From the human T2T-CHM13v2.0 reference genome, Homo sapiens, in assembly GCF_009914755.1 (NCBI RefSeq), contig NC_060927.1: DNA of 64,000 bases; one strand, written 5' to 3'. Shown piece by piece: positions 51,831 through 64,000 of this stretch (position 1 is the stretch's first letter; each line of letters starts with the position of its first letter). The position numbers and the translations under genes are program-made. Below the pieces are notes generated by a model that saw only the letters and a program-made list of their open reading frames with translations, did no database searches and was not told the DNA's origin.

Positions 51831-52435
51831 TTTGAGGCTTCAGCTTCAACTGCTGTCTCAAAAAAAGTCCGTTTTCTCATCTTGGGCTACTGGTTTCACC
51901 ATCTGTTTGCTCTTCAGATGTGTGTGGGTGGCAAGAGGAGATTTTTCCCACGCGTCTTCAAACTGAAAGGGCTGACCTTGCTGTGAGGAGCCTTCTGAGT
52001 CACCCAGGAGTCTCTGCATCCTCAGCCCTCACCCGGCAGAGTGGCAGGGAGGGGCGGGGCACCTCTTTGTGCCACAGAGCCTGTGAACACTGAACTGGGC
52101 CCGGATTACCTGGAATCAAGCGTGGGGCTTGGAAACCCTCCAGCAAAGACTTGGGTCATCTTGAGTTATTCTGCAGTTTAGCAGGGTGGGGTGAGGTGGA
52201 ATGGAGGATTTTGACCTGGAGGTCCCCAGATCCCAGCCCCAGATGCACAGCACACACATATATGTATGTCTCAACTGTTTCTTGTTCTAGCCCCCAGCCC
52301 ATGAGGCCCCCAAGCCTCAGGAAGGACTGTTGTATTAACAAAGAAACTCTCTGGCTCTGTCATTTGGGGCAGGTGGAGTAACTATCTGCCATTACTGCAA
52401 TCTGGTTACTAGATAGATACTTGATCTGAGGGTAC

Positions 52436-52685
52436 CTTTTTATTTTTTTGAGACAGGGCCTCACTCTGTCACTCGTGGAGTGGCATGATCTTGGCTCACT
52501 GCAGCCTCTACTGAGTTGGGACTATAGACATGCACTACCACACCTGGCTAATTAAAGAAAAAAAAATGTAGAGACGGGGTCTCACTGTGTTGCCCAGGTG
52601 GTCTTGAACCCCTGGGCTCAAGCAATCCTCCTGCCTTGGACTCCCAAAGTGTTGGGATTACAGGCGTGAGCCACTGCGCCCAGCC
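52436..52685 (-). mobile_element. AluJ with internal deletions
   Basis: Antisense Alu with a shortened arm. Confidence 0.85.
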
Positions 52686-53786
52686 CAAGGGCATCTTTGA
52701 CATAAGAGGGGGTGCAGGGGGTGGGACTGAGTGACCAGCTATCATTGCCTGTATCTCCTCCTGCAGGCCCACCCTTTCCCTCCTCTGCCACCGGAGTGTT
52801 TCAGGAGCCTCTATTCCTGGCAGAGTTAGTCGCCAGTGGGAATGCTGATGACTTTTTGGCGACCCAGGGCACTGGGACTGACCCGAGAGGTCAATTCAGT
52901 ATTTTTTGAGTCCCTTCCTGCCTGGCATGTTGCTCGATGCTGCGGTGGGGAGAGAAGGGAGGAGGGAGATGAAGATAAAGATGAAGGATTCACTGTCTTT
53001 TATCCTTGGGAGAGAACCAGAGTTACAGAAAATGTGACTTCTTCCATGGAGTAACAGATTAAAGAAGAGGCCAAACGAAAGTCTGGCAGCAGGAGAGGGC
53101 TGGCGGAGGAAGGGCGGTGAAGGGGTGGTGTGGGGAGGTGTTCTTTTGAGGTGCAGAGCACTGCAGGGACAGAGCCCTGGTCATCCCTGGAGTGGGGGTG
53201 TGAGGTGAGTGTGGGTGGGCTGCCCAGCCTGAGCTCAGTCCAACATCCAGCAGTGACCAGGGCATGCCCCTCTGGGCCTCTGTCCAGGCTCTTTGCTGAC
53301 CCAGCCAGAGAAAGGTATGCGGGAATGGGAGGGCTGACTTCTTCCTCTGCCAGCCATCTCAGCCTGGCAGTCTTGCCCAGCTTTGTACCTCATATTGACC
53401 AATCATGGTTTTAGGCCATCCATGATGCTTCTCCCCAGCCCCATTGTTCCGGTAAACTCAGAAGTCTGCTCTTTGCTCAACATGCTCTGTGGGTGCCCTG
53501 GGAGATCTGGACATTTGAGCTGAGGCTAGAAGCCCATAGGGCACAACAGCATGGATTGAAAGACAGGCTGTCTCAGGCAGGTCTAAACACCACCCTCACA
53601 GCAGGCCAGGAAGCAGCCAGGTGCCAGGCCACCTGGAAACTTCCCAGAACATCTGCTGGCTCAAGTCCTCCTGAAAAGCCACCATAAAAGATGCTCTATT
53701 TCCCAGCAGCACAGCTCAACCCCAACTCAGCTCTGTATAACTTCGTGGTGCACTTTATGTCCCAAAAAAATGAGAGACAAATGTCT

Positions 53787-56700
53787 AAATGTCATAGTGT
53801 TTACTTTATTTAAATCCTGAGGTTAAAAATAAAGTATTTCCACATGGCATGGCAGACACTATAAAATAATATGCTTAGGGATACAAAAGTTTTCCACCCC
53901 CATTGAGCAGGTGGGGTGCTGGTATTTGATGTGCTTCTAGATAATTCTTTGGCAGATAAGAATGAATTGGGGTCCCAGACCCACCATCCCGTAAGGCCAC
54001 ATGAATTGAGGATTAATCAATTAAAGTGCAATTCCAAATGTTGAGCCTTCCAAATGAGGCTTGGGTATTGCTCTGCAGCCACCAGAGGCAGAGTGTCTCT
54101 GCATAACATACATCAAGCAGCCTTTTTCTTTTTTTAAATCAGAGATGCCTCCCCAAATTTCAAGATGTACTTTATTATTTTAAAAGTGCTTAAGAGGAAA
54201 GAGAGAATTATTAATTCAGTCTCTCCTGTTTCCTTGGAAGAAACATAATGAAATGAGAAGAACTTACTAAAGTTCCCCTACAAAGTGCTTTCTTGGTAAG
54301 TGTTTTGTAAACAAGAATGGCCGTCTCGATGGTCTTTGTGTACATGACCATCCTTGGTTCTAAGCATCACGAATGGCTTCTCTCTGCTTTAATTCCCAAC
54401 ACCTCTGAGCCAAGGACAGTTTCTTGGCCTAAAGAATTCTCATATGTAGAATCATGCGCACTTTTAAAACTGAAACTCCTTTAAAATTTCATCAGTGGAC
54501 ATCCAACCATATCATAAAACACAGGCTCTGTGATTTCATCCCCAACTGGCGATTTCCTTTCATTTGGGCCTGAAATAGTTTCACCACCTTCGATGATAAT
54601 TTTAAAATTTCCAAAACACCATTTATTCTTGAGTTATATGACGTGGCTTTTCATTTCTATTCTCCAAACCCTGTGGAGTTTTTCAGTTCCCGTGTCTTTG
54701 CCTGCTCTTGGTCCAGTCCACCTGGAATCCAGTGTGTTGAGGTCAAGCACTCTGTAGAGTCCACTTGGACCTGGAGGACAACACTTTGTGCCAAACGTGC
54801 CTCCTTGTTTGTGGGTAAGTGAATCTGACAGAGGTTGGCATGTTCTTGAAGGTGGTGAGTGGCTTCAGTGGCATGATGAAGAAGGCATCTGGTATCGATA
54901 TGAAGACGTAACTGTTATTCAGAGAGATGAGCCATCAAGGGGCTGCCCCTTTTAAAAAAAAAAAAAAAGAGTGATCTGGGATCCCAAGGACGCTTCCTTC
55001 TGGCTGATTTCTAGTGTAATTCAGTCTAGCCAGGGCTACCACCTGCAGCAGTGGTTCTTCAATTGCTATTTGCATTTCTTTAAAGTACCCCAGTCCTTAA
55101 TTCTCAGTAAAGTTGGGAATCTGATTAATATCAGAATAAAGCTATTTATAAAAGCCACTCTTAAATATGCCAAGATGTTTTGTAGCTGCAGAGAGCACAG
55201 CAAACTTGAGCTTAAACAGCAACCTAACAAAATACAAATGTCCACCCAGCACAAAAAATAAATTCGCTAATGAAACCACATAGTTAGGAAGTCACCTCAG
55301 GGCACGGGGCAGTCCTCCGAATGCAGCAAAGGCTTTTTTTGAACAATAGCAGTCAGTGCTCAAGGTGTTGCACGCAAAACATCCAGCTCTCCTGGAGGAG
55401 TGGTTCTGGGTAAGCTGCAACCGGTCCTCTGCTGTGGAGTGACATGTTCAGGAAGGACCTCAGATGGAATGTCCCAGGCCCCAAACCCATTAGCTACTCA
55501 GTGAATGGTGGTTCTTGTTGCATATGGTGCCAGTGACACTTCAGAAGGTCATCAGCTTGGCCAGAGTCTCCGCAGTATCCTTGGAAAGCCAAGCACTCAA
55601 AGATTCTAGATTGCTCTGGGTTCTCTTTTGTTAGTTTCTTTCTAACAGTGAACAAGCTGACTTCTGATTATCATTTGCAAGTGGCTGGATGGATTCAAAG
55701 TTAGCATGATTTGTTCTGAATCATCTCAGGCCACGTGGCATGCCTGTGAGGACAAACATCAGGCCAAGAAGAGTCGCTGGGGGCCTGGCCACCTCTATTC
55801 CAGTACTAAGCATGGTCAGAGCCTTGGCCAGGAGAAGATGATTGAGCACCTGATGGCTTTCTGCCAGAAGAGGCTGCTCCAAGGAAGCCGAATGCAAGAG
55901 GCCCAGCTTTTCTCTGGGCAACCTCTTTGAAAGGTTCTATTCCCTGTTCCCCATGCCTTGCTTAAAAACTGACTGGAAGTGCTCAACTCTCCTGTTTAAA
56001 GGTCTGAGTCCATTCCAGAAATGACCTCTTACTTGTGGCCCCACAAAAGTCCTCTTTGTTGGTGGTGAGGTTGTGGCTGCTGGTGTGTGGTGGGTTTGGG
56101 GTCTCTGTTGGACTTGGCCTGGAGTCCCTGACCCATTCTCAAGCCCTCAAAACCAGCCAGACCAGGGTTATGACAAAGAGAAACTTTGGGAAATGTGTGA
56201 CTGGACTTAGGTCACAAGGGTAGCTGGAGGAACTGCCGGGCCCAGCTCTCAGATTCTCGGATAGCCTGTCTGGTGCTCTCTCCCTCACCCCTGGCCAAAC
56301 TGGGACCTTTTGTCAGATGCTCTGTTCACCCATGGAAGAACCTGGGGCCTGACTGCAGGCAGCTGGTTCCATGAACAAGGGACGAAGAGCTGTCCAAGGT
56401 GAGCTATCTGTTGTTGGGGAAGAAAAGGACCACAGAGAACAGGGAAGATTAAATAATTCTTGTCTGGGAATAGGGAACAGGATCTCTCTGCCTCAAGGGG
56501 GGATGTCTCCTGGAGGTCTGGTGTGGGCTGAGCAGTGGGAAGTGGGCAAATGGGCTGTTGGGGAACCTGTCAGGAGGGGAGTGGGGCCCAGGGATCCATC
56601 ATGCCTCTGTTTACTCTGTTACTTTGGTTCTTAAGTTATCAAAGACTTTTGTTAAGAAGGCCCCAATGTTTGAAAGTGGTTCTAATCCTGGCTATGATCA

Positions 56701-57647
56701 TTAGTAAACATGTCTGCAGGTGGGGCAGAAGCTCTTATTTATATAAACAAAAGTGGGCCATCAGCTGAGGAGTAGCTCTAAAGCCAATGCACAATCCTGC
56801 TCTGTGGTCACAACATCCACACTGGCTGGCATTTGGGCATTAGATGTAGTGTACACACAGCCATTGCAGGCCCCAAGTACAGTGGGTTTTGCTCTTGGAT
56901 TATCTTTACTTCTGATTCTTAGGGCAATGCTTTGAGCTGTGGAGAGGTCTGGCTGAGTGAAGGGCTTTATTTGAGGACAGAATCACCCAGACAAAAGGGC
57001 CAGAAAGAGAGTGCAGCTTAGAGGCCCCTCCAACACTGCTGAGTTCTGGAGCAGCCTCCAGCTTACTGGGGCAGTGAGGGACAAGAGCATGACTGGAGGA
57101 GCTGGTCAGGATCTCCGGGGGGTCCCCTGGCACCGACTCGCATGATGGCTGTGTACCTCCTTTTCCCAGGAGTACCTGAGGGCGTCACAGCCTGAGGATT
57201 CACAGGGCATGGCCAGTGCACCCAGCTCAGTCTCCAACATGCAGGGCCCTGGTGGGGCAGGGCAGAAAATCTCTCCACAGGCAGAAGTTGGAATCACCCC
57301 TGCCCGTGAAACTCTCCACAAGAGGCCTGTAGCCAACTGTGCTCCCAGGAGAGGCTGATGGTCTCCTGGGTGTTTAAACCTTTGGCAGAGCATCCCTTTG
57401 GGTGTGACAACAGCTGAGTCTCTACTTAATGGAAACATTGCCTGAGCCCTTCAACGCCTCGGGGGCTAAGAGTGGCCGGTGCAGAGTGCTGAGCACAAAG
57501 TCCTCCCCAGACACCGCCTCTGAGGGGCAGCCCAGGGGCTGAGTTGATGATTTTGGAGCAGCTGACTTTTTAAAAAAATGCTTTATGTGACAGGTGAGGA
57601 AGAGCAGTGTTTCCTGTGGATGAAGTGAAGTTACTGAGGTGCTGAAG
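53787..57647 (-). other. FYCO1: FYCO1 long 3'UTR (~3.9 kb)
   Basis: Repeat-poor stretch from the stop codon to a minus-strand AATAAA (TTTATT 53805-53810). The 3' end is approximate. Confidence 0.75.
53805..53810 (-). terminator. FYCO1: FYCO1 polyadenylation signal AATAAA
   Basis: TTTATT on +. GU/U-rich sequence follows on the minus strand (TTTGTCTCTCATTTTTTT). Confidence 0.7.
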
Positions 57648-57893
<246 letters not shown>

Positions 57894-59538
57894 TCAGAGG
57901 GTTTCGGGACATCACTGTGGACTCTCCTGAGGCTTGGGTGCAGAAATGCCCTTTTGATCACAGGCTGTGAATATCACCTCCCTCACCTGGCTGCTCTGAA
58001 GCAGCTGGTGGTGGGGACTGCACAGTGTGTGTATGGTGGTGTGAGGAGCAGGCAATGGGAGGAGGCATATGGTGGAGGCCAGCACGGATTTTTTCCTACT
58101 CGGCAGCTAACTCAGTTCTGATATCCATAGTTTGGAAATCTCAAGTAGGCCCCTGAGATGACCTCGATGGGCCAAGGCCAGAGTTTGTCACAGCACCATG
58201 GCCACCTCTAGGGATAACTGGGAGCCTGCTCGGGCTTGGGACGGTGCTCTGCCCTCATCACATCTCTCCTTGGTCTCTCCATCAATCCACAGTGTGGTTG
58301 CCACTGCAGAGTAGGAAATGGAGACTCAACTAAGGGCCGCTGGGGGAAGAGCAGAGCTTGGGCCTGGTGGTCCCCAACCCATTCTCCTAACCACTGCCCT
58401 ATCCTGTTCAAGAGGGGCTGGGGCTCATGTCCACTCTTGGGGTAGAGGGTGGCTCCAAAGAGAGCTCTCTGGCCATGATAGGTCTATGCCATGAGGTCCT
58501 GCTAACTCCAGGGGTGCTTTCATTTCCACTTGGGAGTGTACGGAGGGGCAGGAGGGGGTGAGGTGGGAAGTTCATCTTCCAACCCCTCCTCTGGTGGGCA
58601 CTCTTGGCCACAAGCCCTGGCAGTTCAAGGCCTGGAGGTGGTGAGGGGATGACTCAGGTTTTCCCTAGTGTCCTGTCTAGTTATTCTGCTAAGAGCCAAG
58701 TACCCATGCTGGGGATGTGACCGGTAGCCCAGGACCTTGCTCAGAGAGGATGTGGCCAGAAACAGATCAGGCAGTTCTCTCTAAAGAGCTGGTTCCAGTT
58801 AAGGGGTCTGTGCTGAAGCAGAAGACATAAACAGGGGCAGGTGCCCAGCCCCTCTCCAAATGATTGGCAGATACTCAGTCAATGCTGGTCCTGTCTCCAC
58901 TCCCCTCCTGCTATCCCTCTGGCCTCATCTCCCTCCATTCTCATTCTCTTGTCCAGCTTCTCCCCCATCTCCCAACCTATACACTCCTGAACCTTAGCTG
59001 GTTCTCAGAGTGCTTCCCAGAGATGGCACCTGTCGCTCCCGCCACATGGCCAGGGGCTTTGTGGTGCAGTTTTGGGCTTGCTTATCTCAAGCTCTGCCCT
59101 TCCTTCTTTTATTTCTCCCTTTCTCGTTCATTCATTCATTCAGTCTTTCCATTGTATTTCCTAAGCCCCTTCTTTGGGCAGGGCAGTGGCAGAGCAGTGG
59201 GAATCAATATCAGAGAGAGGGAAAGGGCACCTTGGTTATGAAGAGTTCAGACTGGCCAGACCGCCTGGTTCAGATCCAGCTCCACCACTGGCTCTGTGAC
59301 TTAGGAGTGTCACTCCTCTACCCCTCAGCAGTGACATGGTAAGACTCTGCAAGCATGAGCCTGTGTGTCACAAAATCTCTAAAGAACACTGGAACACCAC
59401 AGGAGAGGGGTCAACAATCAAAGAACAATTAATAATAAGTTACTGACAAATAATTGGTTTTGAGTGTCCACCTCTGCTCTTTAGAAGAGGTGAAAGAGAG
59501 GCCTGGAGACGTGGAGCTGGTGCCTGAGGTGGCCCTAC

Positions 59539-59648
59539 CTTGAGAAGGTATTGTCGAAGATGAGCATGTAGATGCCGGGTGTGCGAACCTTGAGCTGGCC
59601 CTGGATGTTCTCCTTGTGGGAGTTGCATCGGGTCGTGGGAATGAGGAC
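59539..59648 (-). CDS. FYCO1: FYCO1 penultimate exon [36 protein letters not shown](R), GOLD domain
   Basis: Acceptor TTTCCCTCCCAG| and donor AG|GTAGG on the minus strand. 110 nt = 36 codons + 2 nt. GOLD-type motif [12 protein letters not shown]. Confidence 0.93.
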
Positions 59649-60277
59649 CTGGGAGGGAAAGCAGGTAGGCAAAAACATCACAGAGGCTGAGAGGGCCCTC
59701 GGCATCCTCAGGGAAGACCCTTTATTTTGGGGTAGGAGGCTGAGTGTGTTGCCTGAGGTCACAGATGAGCAGAGCCGGAGCTGTGACCAGCCCCAGTAGT
59801 GGCACAGTGCCATCCCACAACCTGAGGCTGTTGATGACTCGTGGCTATGAGTTTCTTCCAGAATCATGACTTGGTCAGCACCCTTAAGGAGTGATCCCCT
59901 AGCCTTGAACATAGAAGATGCTAGAACACTCCATGGGCTAAAGGAGAAGCCCTTTTCTGCCTTCAGGATATGAAGCTTAGTCTAGGTGGGATCCATCTGT
60001 CCAGCTGTCTCCTGTTGGTCCTGGTGCTGCCCTTGGGTCTCGCAGGACAGGCTGAGACCTCCTTCCAGATAACAATCTTCCAGGCACAAAGCTGCTGGGC
60101 CCACTCTCCTCCAGGCTCGACATCTCTGGCTCCACCTAGGCCTGTCTCCTGGCTGTGCTTTGGCTGGTCCATGTGCCCCAGGACCCTTTCATCTTCCCGT
60201 GCCTGGGCCTCAGCCTCCTATTCACTCTCTGCCTTCCCTGAGAATGAGAAATTAGTCCCAGGAGACACTGATATTGA

Positions 60278-61110
<833 letters not shown>

Positions 61111-62540
61111 CTTACATTTTTTTTTTTTTTTAAGAAGTGACTAGCACCTAGAGGATCTTGTCTTATAAAGTGTCCCTAAGCCTTCCATTTAAGACTGACT
61201 ACACATAAATGGTTATATGGACCAGAAGGTCTACAGACAACGGAAGCAGCATCTTAGCAACTTTGAGTTCCTAATGAGGTAAACTTCCCCAGAAGTGACC
61301 ATTTTTATTCTTTACAAAATAAAATGTAGCTTCTTTTTCAGAAATACAATTTTTATTAAATTCAGTTTTAATTTTTTCCCATTAAACATTTTTAACTTGT
61401 ACAAAATGACTGAATCCAAAATAGTTGTTAATATAAGGATGCGATTACTTTCTCAACTTAATCTTGAACACAGCTGCATCTTTCTCTAAACTCTACATGT
61501 TGGGTACACAGTTCCCAAAGTGAAGTGAATTCCCACAAAGGACTCTGCCCTCAGGACTCTTGTGGTTTAATGGTGATCACAGAGAAGAAAACATTCAGTT
61601 ACACTGGGGTGAGAGTACCATGAGGGGAGAACCGGCAAGGGGTGCCATTCTAGCATCTGGGTGGGAGAGAGGAGGCTGAATGCCAGGGGAAACTTCTTGG
61701 AAAAAGTGATGCTGAGTTAGGACAATTTAGCCAATGAGAAGGGATCTGGCTGTTCCTGGCAGTGGAGACAACATATTTAAAGGCATGGGAGAATATCTAA
61801 GATTTACCCTCCCAGGACACAACAACACAACAATAACAACAACAAAAACAACAAAACAAAAAATAGAAAACATATGAAAGGACAGTTTTCAAGACACTGG
61901 TTATCAGGCAATGCAGGATAGTGATCCCTGAGAGACAGGAATAGGGTGAGCCCAACAACTGCCCTCACTTAGTGAGGAAGAGAGACAAAAAACAGATGGG
62001 ATAAGAGAAAATGAATACCAAGATGGCAGACTCAAACCTAACCTTAACAGCAATCACAGTAAGTGAAAATAGCCTAAACATTCCAATGAAAAGGCAGAGA
62101 TTACCAGACTGGATAAAAGCAACACCCAACCCTATCATGCCTACAAGAAATGCAATTTAAATATAAAGACACAAATAGGTTAAAAGTAAACAGATGTAAA
62201 CAAGATTACCAGGCTAGCATGCTAACCAAAAGAATGCTGGTTTGACTGTATTAATATTACATAACACAGCTTTTATATCAAAGAATATTACCAGGGATAA
62301 TTTCATAATGATAAATATGTCAGTTCATTAAAAGGACAATAATCCTAAACGTTTATGCCCCTAATGACAGAGCTTCAAAATACATGATACAAAAAGTGGT
62401 AGAATTGCAAGGAGAGATGGACAAATTCACAATTATAGTTGGAGATTTCAATACCTCTTTCTTAATAATTGATAGAATAAGTAGACAGGAACTCAATGAA
62501 GAAACAGAAGACGAACACCACCATCAACTAACTTGACCTA

Positions 62541-62931
<391 letters not shown>

Positions 62932-62944
62932 TCACATTCTAGGC

Positions 62945-63151
62945 CAAGCTTGTCCAACCCGCGGCCCAGGAAGGCTTTGAATGCAGCCCAACACAAATTC
63001 GTAAACTTTCTTAAAACATTATGAGTTTTTTTATTTGTTTTTGTCTTTGTTTTTAGCTCATCAGCTATCGTTAGTGTTAGTGTATCTTATGTGTGGCCCA
63101 AGACAATTCTTCCAACGAGGCCCAGGGAAGCCAAACGATTGGACACCCTTG
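62945..63151 (+). mobile_element. MER30 (hAT MITE) with perfect 8-bp TSD
   Basis: CAAGCTTGTCCAA...TTGGACACCCTTG; TSD TTCTAGGC at 62937-62944 and 63152-63159. Confidence 0.88.
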
Positions 63152-64000
63152 TTCTAGGCCATTAAGAAAACACCTCTCAAACTTCAAAGGATTCAAGTTA
63201 TACAAAGTATGTTCTAGGTCTACAATGGAATTAAATTAGAAATCAAGAGCAGATCTCTGGAAAATCTCAAAATATTTGAAAACTAAATAACAAATTCAAA
63301 CGTGTGGATCGAAGGGAAATCAAAAGGGGAATCAAAAAGGCATGGGAGGGAGAGCGAGCATTGTGTTCCTAACACAACAGTGTGCTTGCTCAGGCTGGCA
63401 GCTGGTAGTGGTGAGGGAGTAGGACGGGCCCCTGACAAGGCTGGAGGGGACAAAGGTGTACAAAGAGTGTACACTGAGGGCCTGCTACACGTAGGCTCTG
63501 TGCTGCCTCTTCTGCACACGGCGTCTCATTTACTTCCATTAATATTCTATCACATTCTAGTTCCACCAGGGACTAAGGATCCCGGGAGAGTGAGGGGTTG
63601 GTTCTGTTTCTGTGATCCACAACCTAACAACTCTGGCCTGGTCTCAGACACTGCAGCAGGGGTGTATGGGAAGGAGCTGCTGGAGGGGAAGGCTTGCTGT
63701 TTGCATGGGGACCTTGGTGTGCCCACCCTGCACACCCTCGCACTCACTACCTTGATTACAAGCAACATCAAGAGCTCCTTAAGGCAGGTCCCCTGAAGAG
63801 GGCATGTTTAACATAGATTAATGTGCGTTCTTGAAAATGATACTCTTCATTTCTTTAAAACATCTTACTCTGTAGCCTTTTCATTCATTCCAGCTGTTTT
63901 TCATTCATTCCATTCACATGAAACATCTAGAATCAGCATATCCACAAAATAGATTAGTGGTCACTGGGGGCAGAGGTTGGGGAGTGACTGCTAATGGGCA

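Overview
This is human genomic DNA from the 3p21.31 chemokine-receptor region. It contains the complete CCR9 gene on the + strand: non-coding exon 1 at ~22144-22295, a 49-nt exon 2 at 30789-30837 with the isoform-A ATG, and exon 3 at 36693-~39058, giving 369-aa and 357-aa isoforms. On the - strand are the last two coding exons and the ~3.9-kb 3'UTR of FYCO1, a processed SDHD pseudogene and probable distal 5' exons of LZTFL1. An RNY1 (Y RNA) retrocopy lies just past the CCR9 poly(A) site. The rest is the usual Alu, L1, L2, MIR, MLT and hAT repeats. Nearly all other ORFs in the track are repeat-derived or look like chance. I found no evidence of a new multi-gene system. The most unusual local structures are: (i) a tiny L1PA insertion with a 68-bp templated fold-back hairpin; (ii) a ~200-bp inverted duplication within a cluster of octamer motifs downstream of CCR9; (iii) an AT-rich VNTR with one flipped unit that makes a perfect 90-bp palindrome; (iv) SDHD-pseudogene substitutions that mimic pathogenic SDHD alleles; (v) a candidate CCR9 cassette exon with a non-canonical donor; (vi) inverted Alus bracketing the skippable CCR9 exon 2. 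Gene and repeat-subfamily names come from recognition and recall, not from database searches.
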